Assembly (NCBI RefSeq): GCF_000281045.1
Contig: NW_008246134.1
Span: forward strand, 84,533-122,953
Reading direction: 5' to 3'
DNA: 38,421 nt
Source of the DNA: Saprolegnia diclina VS20
Lineage: Eukaryota
Shown here: one piece after another, positions 1 to 12,294 of the stretch
Layout of the letters: the number at the start of each line of letters is the position of its first letter
How positions within the stretch are numbered: position 1 is the stretch's first letter
Notes under the pieces: model-generated
Told to the model about the DNA's origin: nothing
The model's input: only the letters and a program-made list of their open reading frames with translations
Databases searched by the model: none
Made by a program: the position numbers and the translations under genes

Positions 1-122
1 GTTTGTTGTTTGCTGAATAAAGAAAACTGCGTTGCTTTGGAATGACGGTGTTGCATGGAGCTGCCGCACGGGTCCAGCTCGTCGACTCCAGGCTACCTTG
101 GAATTACGATGCGTTGCGATTG

Positions 123-147
123 GATAGATAGATAGATAGATAGATAG
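123..147. repeat. (GATA)n microsatellite in the 3' flank of the deaminase-like gene
   Basis: gatagatagatagatagatagatag read directly. Confidence 0.9.
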
Positions 148-172
148 CGAGGACGTGTATTCGCATCGTTGC

Positions 173-1851
173 TTAGAGCAGCTGGTGAACGTAAATGCTG
201 TCGCACTCCATGCTTCCAAACGTAATGATCTTGAAGCTCGGGTTGGCCTCCGCGATCTTGAGCAGCCACTCGTTGCACGCGCCGCACGGGCCCAGTGGGT
301 TGCGATCTTCGGGCGCCGGCACCTCCTTCTTGGGTGCACTACGCCACGTCTTTAATTCCTATCCAGAAGAGGCAATCAGATAGATACCTGATCTCGGCCA
401 GCGCCGACGCGACGGCCGGCGTCGTGCCGTCGCAAGAGAACGTCCGCGGGCGCTTGGGCTTCTTTGCCTTGGGCGAGCTGCAGTCGGCGGCGGCGCGGAC
501 CGTCGGCATGATCGGTGTCGGCAACGACACAGTGCGTGGCAACGGCAGTGCCGTCGTCGAAGATGATGGCGCCAGGTTGACGCTGAGGACGCCAATCATC
601 TTGAGTGCGTTCCGGTGCAGCGTCGGGTCGTTGGCGAGCGCACTGCCGATCGCATTTCGCTCGGCGCAGAGTGATCCTGTGGGCATCGAGACCTCGCAGT
701 TCATGCCCCGGTGCACAACGAGCGCCGTCTCGCCATTGGGCAAAGTTTTCTGGATGAGCAAGATGGCGAGCACGGGCTTGCGGGATTTTCGGAGCCAAAA
801 GCTGCCGACCTCGCCGAGGTGCTGGCCGTCGACAAAGCAGTCGCGGAACGCCTTCATCTCGTCCACAAGGCGAAGGACGAGCGGCTCTTTGACCTCACTC
901 AATGCAATCTGCGGCGTCGCTTCAATGTCTTCGAACGGGTGAAAGTCGACGTCGTCGAGGCTGAGCTTGGACTCGTGCCAAAACGTCTTGAGCTGCCAGA
1001 GGTGCAAGTACGACGGTGTGTACACGCGGAGCGCAGCGTTGAGCGCACTCAGTCGCGCCGGCGGGCCGTCGGCGTACGAGATGGTCAAGTGGAAATGACT
1101 CTTCCACGTATCGCCGACCTTTTGAACGAGCGTATCGCGGTGGGCTTCGAGGAGCGGCCGCAGCTCGCGTGTCATGAACTGCACGTTGTCGTCGTACCGA
1201 AAGATGTTGGAGCCCGAGTGGACGCGCGTGATGTGCATCTTGGGGTAGTACGTCGAAATGAACTGCGTCATGAGCGCGGCCGTGCACTCGGTCGAGTTGC
1301 CAATGATCGAATGGGCGGCGTTGCGCGGAATGCCAGCGCCCGAGATGAGGTAGAGCAGCTGCTGGCTGTCTTGCGAGTGCACATCTGCAAGCACTTGGAT
1401 CCATTTCGGCACGAGGCTGCCGAGGAGCGGAAGAAAGACGGCCGAGATCGACACGTTTGACCAGCTGCGCTCGACCTCGAGCTGCGTCGCCTCGGAGCAG
1501 CGCAGCTGAAAGTCCGAGAGTGCGAGCGACGCCGACGGCAGTGCAATCGCATGCGCACCAAACCTACGATCGCCATGAGCCGACACGATCATCGATGCTA
1601 AAGGCGACGGACCGGAAGCCAATCGGGTGTGACGTGGCGCGACAGTACTCGTGCATGTCAACGGCGAGCGACGCTTTCGTCGGCAAGAGCGTCTCGAGCC
1701 GCGCGACAATGCACTGCGAGACAATGTTGAAGAGGCTGAACTTGGGCCGCGCAAGGAGCGAGCTCTTGCCATGGTGCGTCGCGAGGCCTACGTCGCCCTG
1801 CAGCTCGACCACGAGGTCCGAGTGCGAGATGTTGTGCACGAGGAACTCCAT
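173..1851 (-). CDS. Cytidine deaminase-fold protein with large N-terminal alpha/beta domain; exons 1851-1613, 1563-388, 338-173
   Basis: Removing two 49-nt GT-AG introns (1564-1612, 339-387) joins MEFLVHNISH... to ...RGMNCEVSMPTGSLCAERNAIGSAL... and a last exon ...NPLGPCGACNEWLLKIAE...HQLL*. CAE plus PCxxC is the zinc-binding signature of cytidine deaminases. Confidence 0.85.
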
Positions 1852-1889
1852 GCGTCGTCGTCGACCAGCAAAAATCGAAAGGCCGCTTT

Positions 1890-1915
1890 ATCCGGATGAC
1901 CTGGCCGCCGGATAC
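1890..1915. promoter_or_regulatory. ATCCGGAT palindrome plus CCGGATAC, about 40-65 nt upstream of the deaminase ATG
   Basis: Motif read directly; it recurs upstream of several genes in this window. Confidence 0.5.
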
Positions 1916-2942
1916 CAAGCATGCTGGCGTCCCTCCAAGATCGCCGTCGGATGTGGGTACATGGCGTCGAGACGACCACGTGACCGCGTCGTGCTAGTCG
2001 CAGTCTCGCCCGATCGACTACGCGCATCGACTAGTTAAGAAACGGAGTAGTTTAGACTAGCTGTACGCTAGGGTAGCCGCCAGAGCCGTGTCGACAGGTC
2101 GTTTGAAGCACCTGCACCGCTGAAAACTGCAAAACTTGATGGGAGCTTGACGTGGCACGCGCCCGAGCGAATGCCGATATCCAGCAAGCTGCAGTGCCAC
2201 GTACAAGCATCCCATGCGCATGGACGAAGCGCCATACTAGTAGCTACTACTGTACTGGTGGCGGCGAAGACGTTCTAGAAGGTGCGACCCATCCTCGCAA
2301 GGCGCTGCGTCTCGCCGTCGCTGGATCACGGCACATGGGAGGAATCGCCCAAGACACTTGGCATATGGTTGCCGCTGCAGCGCCATCGAGATGACCGGCG
2401 TCGACAAGTTGGCCAGCAATGTCTTCTTGTTCTTGAAGCCTTTTGAACACCACCCACGCTTTGTGTTTGGCCACGTTAGCGCAAGGTGCATCGCGATCGT
2501 CCCGCACCAGTTAAAAAGCACATCGATGGCTGCGATTACGTCGCCTCTGTCACGTGGTCCCAGCCATTAGATCTGCGCGATCGAGCTTGTCCCAGGTCCC
2601 AGCTGCGGTGGAAACCCTCTTTAATTGGATATCCTGTAGCAACCGATGGGTACTTGTATACGTATCCAGCGTCACACAGGGGATATGGGCCCATCGAAAA
2701 CCTCTATCAAATGATATAAAATAAACTTGGTGTTTGTAGGGCGCAGGCTAGGGCCGGGAGCGCTCGCGGAATTTTATTCGACGTCTATACAAAGCAAGGG
2801 TGCATTTAATTGCTCGCGTCAAAATACCTTTTGCCGACCGTCGGCTTCAACCACTTCCAAGATTCACTCCCCGACCCAGCCTTCGACGCCCGGCCCGTCC
2901 ACGCCGCCCGACCACCCGCACGCCAACCTCGTGACCCGGACC

Positions 2943-4623
2943 ATGCGCGTCAACACGTCTCTGAGCGAAGACATCCCGAACGAGGAGTCGCCGCTGATCC
3001 CGGCGGGCCGCCCGCAGCAGCTGCCGGCCATCAACTACAACTCGGACTCGGCCGTGCACTATGGCAACGGCGGTAGGCCTCTCCTCGTCGTCGTAGCGCT
3101 TGCTCATGGCATGGATATAGGTGGCGCCATGTCGCCGTCAACGCGCCGCCATGTCTACTACGGCGCGGGCCACTACAACGCGACCAACAACAGCTCGAGC
3201 GACGAGGAGGGCGACCAGGACATGTTTGCGATAACGATACCGCAGAAATACCCGCCGGCGCCGGTCGTGCTGCCGCACGCCAAGCCGCGCACGGGGTTCA
3301 ACAACTTTCTCAAGCCCAACCCTGTACAGCATACCCGCTACCTCTCGCAGTTCAATGACCTGTCGCCCCAACAGGTCATGGAGGCGTCGCGGAATGCCAA
3401 CCGGTACACGCGGCGCTCTCGCATGCGCAACATGAAGAAGTTTCGCGTACGTTCCGTCCTGCGAGTCGATGGGCGTGTGGCTCATGCCGTTGTGTAGCAA
3501 GACTTGAGCGTGCCCAAGATGCGCGTGTCGGCGTACTGCACGTGCGACTCGCTCCAGCTCTTCAAGCTCCTCAAGTGGCTCGAGCGCATCGAGACGGGCC
3601 AGCTCCCGGGCGGCGAGCTCAGCCCCAACGGCTGGACCCACAAGATGTACATGGGCGCCATCCACTCGTCATGCGCGACCGAAGACCGCGAAGAGTACGT
3701 TCGCCCATCTCTGAAACGCGTCGGCTCATCTTCACCTGTAGCGACATGGTCACGGAAGAGAACCTGAGCATTGAGCGGAAAGACGTCTTCTACTTTGCGA
3801 CGGGCTGCACGGTCTTTTGGGGCCTCACGCGCGCGGAAGAGCAAGCGCACATCCAGGCCATCCGCGCCTTCTCCAAGGGCTACGTCAAGCAGGTCGAAGT
3901 CGAGGACATGGACTTTAGCTACGGCGAAGCGACAAGGTAGACATGATGATGATGACGATGCGTCGTCATGTGCTCATACCGTATGATAGCGTCATCAACG
4001 ACTCGATCACGCTGAGCAGCTTCCGCGCGTCCGAGAAGATTGCCATCTCGTTTGCGATGGCGCAGTCGTCCAAGCTCGACGTCTTTGAGCAGCGCGTCGA
4101 CGAGACGATTCAGGAGACGCGCCACATTCCGCAGACGCTGGCCGAGACGGGTGAGATCAAAAAGTACTCGCAAAAGGACATTTCGCAGCTCATTGGGCGT
4201 CTCTTCATCGAGGTATTTCCGTTTTGTATCAATCTATCAAGAGGTACTCATATATATATATTAGCGGAGCGACATCAACCTGAATTCCGACATGCTCGAC
4301 GACCCGGACTTCTTCTGGGACGACGACGAGTACCAGCCGCTCTACAAGAAGATGATGAAGTACCTCGACGTCGACAGCCGCGTGCACATTCTCAACACGC
4401 GCCTCGACATTCTGCGCGAATTGTACGGCTTGATACATTGAAAGATATGCGAGCTGAGTGGCAATGTAGGCTCGACGTGCTGAGCCAGCAGCTCGCGCGG
4501 CAGCACGACACGAAGCTCGAGTGGATTGTGATCTGGCTCATTGTCGCCGAAGTCGTCGTCGACGTCTTTTGGCAAATCCTCATCAAGGACATTCTTGGCT
4601 TTTTCCAGCACCGTGGCGACTAG
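2943..4623 (+). CDS. RMD1/DUF155 family protein, 7 exons
   Basis: Introns 3073-3120, 3447-3497, 3695-3741, 3937-3989, 4213-4264, 4423-4469 give a continuous frame with RVSAYCTC, DVFYFATGCTVFWG, KIAISFAMAQSSKLDVFE, LDDPDFFW, YLDVDSRVHILNTRL and KLEWIVIWLIVAEV, all typical of DUF155. Confidence 0.9.
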
Positions 4624-5318
4624 ACTCGACGTTCGACTAGGACGGCGAGCGTCGATCGACTAAGACGATGATGCAATCACAGCACTCTGTATGCCCTTGA
4701 TCCTCCTTGGTGTCGCAGAGGCGATAGTCGCTCGACTTGTAGCTCGCTGATCGTGATCCTGCGACGTGCGAGGCGAATGCAGTAGGGAGAACCATGCGAC
4801 ACGTACAAAGTGGACCAACGCACGTTGACACAGGAGCAGCGACGACGACTTGAAGCGCTTGGGTGCGTCATCGCCGTCAGTTTTGGGCAGCGCTGGATCC
4901 CGCTCCTCGTGATCGCAGCTTGGTCAGGCCAGCCATAGATCATCTCGATCAATTCGAGCACCGTAGCTATGACCTCGGTGGGTTGTGGTTCCGCGTCTTC
5001 GTTGTCGGCGACCGAAGGCACTCAAGGCACGGCAGGTATCGCAGCAAGGGGCAAAGGCGACATCAACGCTGGCCACCAGCACCGCAAAAACACGCTCCGT
5101 GATGCTGTTGTGGAGCTTTGCGTCGTCTGCACACCGAGGATGCCAAGAGGAATGAATATACTAGAGTGCGTGAAGTGTGATCGAAGCTGCCCTAAACCTA
5201 CCCATGGAGAAGATGTCGTTGGCCTTCAACTGGAAGTGTACAAGCACCCGATGTGCAAAGCTGCAAGCACTTGGTACAAGTGAGGTCATGGGCGATAGCC
5301 GCAACAGTTGCGTGGCAC

Positions 5319-7092
5319 CTAGGACGCGACCCGCAAGAGCTCGTCGCACCAGACCAAGCGCGTCGGCGCAAGCGCGAGAACGACTGGTGCCACGACCGTC
5401 AGCGGGGGGAAGATGTCGGCGTTGGCGATGACGAGCGCTTCCAAGCGCGGCGGCGGCAAGCGGAACGCGTATACGTGTTGGATGAGCTCTGGGAGCATCA
5501 CGCCGTGCAGTGGATCGTCCCAGAGGTACGCCTCGAGGCGCACGGCGTCCAAAAGAGCCGCCTGCATGAGCTCCGTTATCAAGTTTTCATTTTCCAACAA
5601 GCGCTCGGGCGTCGGGTCGGGGAAGAGGACCATGTAGAGGCGCAGCTCATCCGCGCGCGACAGTGGCAGGCCGGCGCAAACGGCATCCGCCGAGACGCCC
5701 GCGAGGCTGGCCAGGAGCTGGACGCCGTTCGCAAAACCGATCCAGTTGGTTTGCCAGTTTGCGAAAAGCTCTTCAAGCGCCGGCAAGAGGGCGTCGGCGC
5801 CAAAGAGCTCCAGCGCGCGATGGATCGTTGAGGCAAAGAAGTCGAGGTTGCCTTGGAAATCCTTCGTCGCCGATGCCGTTCAGGAAGCGGCCAAAGTCGC
5901 CAAAGAAGCACCCACCGTGGGTCGCATACGATCCATTGAATGCGCTTGGAACTGCCTCTGAAGGCATGTGCTCCAACACCTCCAGAGTGTCTTCAAGACA
6001 GCGACGGCGAAGCCCAGCGTCGGTGATGGTCGCAAGCGAGAAGATGGTATCTTCCGGGCCAAGAATACGCGATCGACACACGGTTGGCCAAAACACAAGG
6101 CACTTCTTCGTCCCTGGGCGAGCCAGCTCGTCGACGTCAACGCCGCCGATAAAGCCTTGGATCGGGCAGCGCGCCGACGTGATTTCCAAACGGCTGGGAT
6201 TCGGATAGAGGTAGCCAGTGTGAATCTTGAACGGGCCGTCTCCGCTGGGCTCGACCCGCTGCGATTGGACAGAGGCGACGTCAAAGGCCTTGGTCTCGAG
6301 GAGCGCTGTGAGGAACGCCCAGTAGTCGTCGGAGCGGTGCACGTTCCAAATGAGCGAGCGGCCAGCGGCAGGCTTCAAGGCAAAGCCGACCACGTTCGGG
6401 GCGACGCGAGGCGCTGCCACCACGTCGTTGAGCGCCGCGACCGTCGCCTCAAACTCGGGCGAGAGGGGAGGCGCCTCGTTCGGCGGGTGCGTGTCAACGA
6501 GATCAAAGACGGCAATGACGACGTGTCCGCTTGCGACAGGCGCCATCGAAATCGAAGCGCGGCGGTGGACCACCGCATACGAGCCCCATTTGACGCCGGT
6601 GACCATCGGTGTCGAAAAGGTTTTGTACTTGATTGTGACGTGGCCGCCTTCGCAAGCCGTCGACAAGAAGACAAGCAGCGTCCCAAAGCTGCTCTTCGCC
6701 GGCAAGGTCGGCGTCAACTGCGGCGTCGAGGCGGCGCTGGCGACAGCGAGGTGCGACAGCACGGGTGCGCACGTCTCCACTTCCTTGTCCAATTTTTCTT
6801 GCATCGTCATCGGAAGCACGTCCCGCCACGTTCGTGGGCACTGGCCAACGTGGCCCAGCGATACGTCTTGGGCAGGCACAACACCTGACGGGTACCGCTC
6901 CAGCAATGTGGAGACACGCTTATCAACACTGTCGCTGTCGCGCTGCGATCGCGAGTCGAAGCCGGCGACTTGCAGGCTCGGGACAACCTCGGACCAGAGT
7001 ATCCCCTGCTCAACGTACTTGCAGCGCTTGGTCTTCCCGAGGAGGCGGCGCGCGGCCTCATACAGCTCTGCGTCAGCGTCGACGTCCTGCAT
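5319..7092 (-). pseudogene. Degenerate 2OG-Fe(II) oxygenase-like gene, tandem copy A (frameshift near 5860; 3' end uncertain)
   Basis: MQDVDADAELYEA...FGTLLVFLSTACEGGHVTI...MAPVASGHVVIAVFDL resembles the DSBH core without metal ligands. The reading continues in another frame (STIHRALELFGADALLPALEELF), matching copy B. Confidence 0.65.
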
Positions 7093-7209
7093 ACCGAACG
7101 AGCAAGGCAATGAGTCGCCCGTTCTCGGGTGGCCCACAATCCGGATCCGGATTCGGCGGACCGTTCCCTGATTGGCTGCAGCGACAGAGTGTTGATCGTT
7201 TTCAACGTG

Positions 7210-9185
7210 CTAGGTGATTGGCAAAGTCATGTCGTTGGGCTCTCCGTCCTCGACGCGGCTTTTCCAGCACTGCAGCAACGAGGCCAACGACGATCGACGT
7301 GCTTGATTCTCGCATCTCACCCCTCGGCGCATTGGACGTGCCTCACACAAGATCAAACGGGCAAAGGACAATGAGAGATTTGCATTGAGCGAAGCACTAC
7401 CATGGTCCTTGACGTTGGCGGAGGGGACGTGGGCGAGGTACCGCGGCGCCGCATCCGCCACTTCGTTGAAGAAACCCGCGACGGCTTCCAACGCCTCGCG
7501 GCGCGCCTTGGCAATGGCTATGAGATCCGTCGTTGGGCACGTTGCAGGTCGTGGATGTGGCGCGCAAGCTCGTCGCGCCAAGCGCACCGGCGCAAGCGCG
7601 AGAGCCTCCGGCGCCAAGACGGTCCACGGATGGAACTCTTCCGCGTTGGCGGCGACGAGCGCGATGGCCCACGGAGCATCGCGCCGTCCCAGAGGTAGTC
7701 TTCGAGGTGCACGGCGTCGCCTGCAAGAGCTCCTTGGAGCACTCGCCTGGCATAAAAAGCACTCGCGATGGCTCAGCACCGCGTACAAACGCAGCAGGTC
7801 CGCGCGCTAGAGCGGCTGGCGCAAAGCAATCGACATTGTCCGAGACGCCTGCGAGAAGCCGTTCGCAAGGCCGAACCAGGACGTTGCCCCCGAGAGGAGC
7901 GCTTCGAGCGCCGGCATGAGAACGTCAGCGCCAAAGAGCTCAAGCGCGCGATGGATCGTAGGTGCAATCAAGATGCGGTTGTCGTAGCATATCTTGGCGA
8001 CGCTGAGGCCGAGAAACGCGCGACGAGGCCATGGTCGCCGATGTCGTTCAAGACGCGGCCAAAGTCGGCAAAGAAGCCGCCGTGGATGACATACGGCCCA
8101 GTTTCGTCGCACGAAAAGTTGTGGGGTTATGTGTGGTCCAGGACATCCAGAGTGTCTTCAATGCAGCGGCGGCCAAGACCAGCGTCAGCGATACCGGTAG
8201 GCCCGAGAGCGAAGACGGCGACGCCGGCGCCAAGCGCGCGCGATCGATGCGCCGTGGACCAAAACACGAGGTGCGTCTTCACTCCCGCCAATCAATGTCA
8301 AGGAAGACTAGACCCATCTTAACCAGGGTTGCCCGCCTGTTCTGGGTTTTCGACCCTTCGACCTGCATTGCGCAACCCACGACCCTTCGACGCACCTCTT
8401 CGCGCGATCCTTCTACAAAACTAGTGTTCTATCGATGTCTAAGGTGCATTCTACGCTACCAATACACCACTCTTGCATTAGCCAAGCTTGAGTCACCACA
8501 CCAATCCCCAGGTGAGAACACCGCCCACTGGTATGTTCGGGTCGCAACACTTAGCGCCGAGTGCATCGTCCCTTGCTGAATCTCGAGCGGCGCGCTCTCA
8601 TCCGCATCGCCCGGCTGTAACATCAAAGGATTCCATGAGCGCTGCAATGAACCACCCGTCGTGATGACGGTGGTGTTCCAGATCAATCAAGTCGAGAACA
8701 ACCCCGGCGTGGACAGCAAAGCCGATCATGCTGTCGCCGACCGTGGCCTCAAACGTGAGTGAGAGCGGAGGCGCCTCATCCAACGGGCGCGTGGCGACGA
8801 GGTCAAAAGCAGCGACCACGACGTGACCGGCCGTGACAGGCGCCATCACAATCGTCACGCTCGTGGCCAACGCGGTCGAGAAGCCATCGACGTTGAAGGT
8901 CACTTCGCCCCATGATGATGGGTAGGACGTCCCGCCACGGGTGCGGAAGCCGTGCATCGTAGTACAGCAGCACAACCTGCGCAGGCACGACGCTCGACGG
9001 GTAGCGCTCCAGCATTGACGTGACACCATGGCTGTCGTCGTAAGCGAGTTAAAGGCGGCGACTTGGAGGCTCGGGATGGGACCGGCCGAGAGCAGCCCTT
9101 GGTCGACGTCCTCGTAGTGGGTAGTCTCCGCGAGATGGCGGCACGTGGCCTCGTACAGCGCGGTGCTGGCGTCGGCGGCTTGCAT
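7210..9185 (-). pseudogene. Degenerate 2OG-Fe(II) oxygenase-like gene, tandem copy B (several frameshifts; 3' end uncertain)
   Basis: Fragments MQAADASTALYEA..., MLERYPSSVVPAQ, MAPVTAGHVVVAAFDL and TIHRALELFGADVLMPALE are collinear with copy A but split over different frames. Confidence 0.7.
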
Positions 9186-9682
9186 GCTGCTCAAGCTGGC
9201 AAATGGGCGAGTGTGGGCGGCCGCTTATTGCTCATCTTGGCAACAAACCGGATCCGGATTCCGTGGATCGCTCCCGCTTGGTGAGAACAGCGCGGATTGG
9301 CTGCAACATTAGAGTGGTGGTCGTTTCGAGCGTATCGACGCGCGGTGACGTGGCAGGCGTCACTGGCAGCGCTGTCTGGATGAGCCCAAGCGCGACGATG
9401 CTGCTTGGTGGCAGAAGGAAGCACCGTACGTCGTTCAAGAGCATCTCCCATGCCGTAGTATGCATGGCCTTTCTACTGCAGACGATCGCTCCCACATGAT
9501 CATCGCCTGGTTGTCGTTCGATGAGGCAGCAGCCAGGAGGGACCTTGCGTTCGACAAGCACAGTCTGCCCTTCTGTGATCACCGAGCCGCTCTACCAAGA
9601 CGGCCAGAAGCACCCTCCATGGAAGCTGCATGTACGACACGCAGTAACGAGCTTATGCAATGGCCATCGTCGCCATATCGTA

Positions 9683-10807
9683 TTAAAACTTGTAGGCAAA
9701 CGTCAGGAACGCCGTGTGACCGCGCATCTCTTCGTCGCGCTTGGCCAACGTGTGCGTCGGAAGCTCCGACTCGGGAACCTCCGGCACACGCTTGCGCTTC
9801 TCGCCCGACGCTTCGGCGATCGCGTTGGCGATTGCGGCGTCCGACGAGCCAAAGTCGGGTACCGGCAGCGTCACGGTGCGCGCCGTGTACGTCATGAGCC
9901 GCGTCTCGATCGTGCGGACACCTACGCGCGTATGTGCTCTGGACGCCATTTAGACGTAAAATTACGGTCAAAGCCGTCGAGGCGCAGGGCGTCACACGTC
10001 TTTTGCACTTGCTCCATGCACGGCGAGTAGGACGCGAACGCGCCGCCCGTCTTGAGCACGCGCTTCGCATGGCCCACAGCTTTCCACGGGCACGGGAGAT
10101 CGAGGAAAACGACGTCGACCTTGTCGTTGAGGTGCTCGGGAAAGCCTAGGACGCATCTCGATCGTGGTCAAGGAGGAAGCCAACGACGTACCTTGCTCGC
10201 ACGCGTCCCGACACTCGACGGTCGCAACCTTGTCGAGGCCGTTGGCAGCAAACTCTTCCCTACACACGTGCGATCCATATACCGGTATGAGCTGCAACGT
10301 CGTTGTACTTGGCGACTTGGGCGCGCGTGGCGTTGAACTCGAACGTGTACACGTGGCCGCTGGGCTGAATCGCACGGGCAAAGGACGTCGTCAAGGCGCC
10401 GCTGCCCGTGCCCGACTCGACCACGATCTTGCCTACAACGCTTCGCATGAGGCTCGCATGGTCGATATGATGGGCAACGTACCGGGCGCGCAGTGCGTGT
10501 TGAAGAGGATCGCGCTCGCATCGAGCGTAAAGACAATCTGCGTTCGGTGGCGCAGCGCTTTGCTCCACAGCTCGGGCGTCGGCGCGAGGATGAAGATGTA
10601 GCCCTTGGACATGCGCGAGTAGACCTTGGTGCCGAAGCGCTGGCCGATCATGTCGTTGTGGTGGAAGGCGCCGTGGCGGTTCTGGTAGCAGCCGTCCTTC
10701 TCCATGAAGGCGTACGTGACGCTGCTGTGCGTCTCGAAGAGGATGACGAGGTCGCCGACCTCGACGATCGCCTTGCCTGCCCACATGCTCATGCTGCTCG
10801 CCGCCAT
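9683..10807 (-). CDS. TRM61: tRNA (adenine-58-N1)-methyltransferase catalytic subunit, about 5 exons
   Basis: [67 protein letters not shown] and [10 protein letters not shown], joined by introns near 10433-10482, 10260-10308, 10146-10191 and about 9920-9965. Confidence 0.93.
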
Positions 10808-12265
10808 GTTGTTGTTGCTTGATGGACCGCTGGGACGATTGGTGTACGCTTCGACCAATCACCGAACATCCGGATAACCTGCCAGTTGAAGTTGGCGGTT
10901 GGCGCGGTTTTGACGGCCGACAACCCCACACGGAAACGGCATTGCATGAGTCTGTGGATGCTAGTTGCACAGCGAGAGGAGCCTTCTTGCAGAGGACAAC
11001 TTGTGCCTCAAGCGTCGAAACTGGCTTCTGGAAATTTACCAGTGACTGGTATCGTGCTCTGAGATGCGAAATTAGTCCATGGGGCCAGTGGCTTGGTGCT
11101 AATACGGGTCATTTGGCGTTGATGGCCTTGATGATTGGCTAGCTGCAGCATACTCCTGCGTGCATTTGCTACTAAAGATGCCTGAACCTGGCATTCCGGC
11201 CCTTTCACGGAACCTTCCACGCGGTTGGCAGATGAAGTCGGCGCCGGTTGTCAACGCGGAACGGCTCTGCATGGCGAGGAGTCCCATTGGTCTGTGGACC
11301 ACACAACGACGTGTTGCTGTTTCAAGGTTGCTTTGGATGTGGCCCAATCGAGATGCGATGTCACCGGCGCATCCTGTGGATGATGGCAGTGGAAGCAAGC
11401 TCCTCCTGTCGCTGGAGCGTCCGTTGGGGCGTGTTCTACAAGGTATACCAAATCCGCATACCACCGATAGCTTGCAGGAGACGAGTGCCATCGTGAGTGC
11501 TACGGTGTGTCATTTAGGCAGATCTCGAACGTGGTGGGGATGGCCTGCAAGGCCGCGCGAATTGCTGCACAAAAACGGCGCACGACGATGTGGCCACGCA
11601 CATCCTTTACTCAGGACGTTAGAGATGCGTCAATACAGTCTGTACCCACGTGCATTATGCGAGGGCTTGGTTGTAGTACATTCGTATTTGCCTAGTTAGT
11701 CGCTGCGACGACGCGAGTCGAAGCGAACGACTGCCTCGACGATTCCTTCGGCTTCGCGAATAAAACCAACCAAATAAAATAGGATCTCAAACCATAAAAA
11801 TAGGGACAAATAAAATGATTTGATCTACGTCCGTCTATGCGCCGGCGTCCGAATCTCCAATTATATTTTTAGAGCAATGTATTTTAATACCACGGAACAT
11901 GCCCAAGGATCGCACGTTCCCGATCACACGCCCGCGTCTCAACTCGGGATCGCAGCTTGAACTGAGACTGCTCTTCGACCCCTCGGCCTCGATCCCATAC
12001 CGTACATATAGCAGTAGAGCTGTCGTCTTCTCTCGACTTGGAGCTTGCTTACTTGACCGCGCGGCTGCGGTATCCGGATGTGCGACGATATCAGACCATC
12101 CGGTCGGCGTAATTTTCTTCGCGGCGTCACGCATTAAAAACCACAGGCTTTCAATACAAAGTGCAAGGTATTAGAATAATTTGTGTTTTCGGGTCGTGGA
12201 TCCGGATGCCCGATTTGCAGAGCAAATAAAGAAACGGCGTCACTTGGTGTTTGTATACTCCGCGG

Positions 12266-12280
12266 TCATTTTGCATTCGC
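12266..12280 (+). promoter_or_regulatory. Oomycete INR/FPR-like core promoter
   Basis: TCATTTTGCATTCGC just upstream of the ankyrin gene ATG resembles the YCAYTYY + MWTTTNC arrangement. Confidence 0.5.
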
Positions 12281-12294
12281 GTCGGTACATGATC

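Noticed and set aside
2152..2570. Short ORFs between the deaminase and RMD1 genes
   Set aside because: No family motif or consistent splice model; could be a relic but cannot be supported
11099..11699. ORFs of up to 179 aa in the TRM61/ankyrin divergent gap
   Set aside because: Non-ATG starts, atypical codon usage and no recognisable domain
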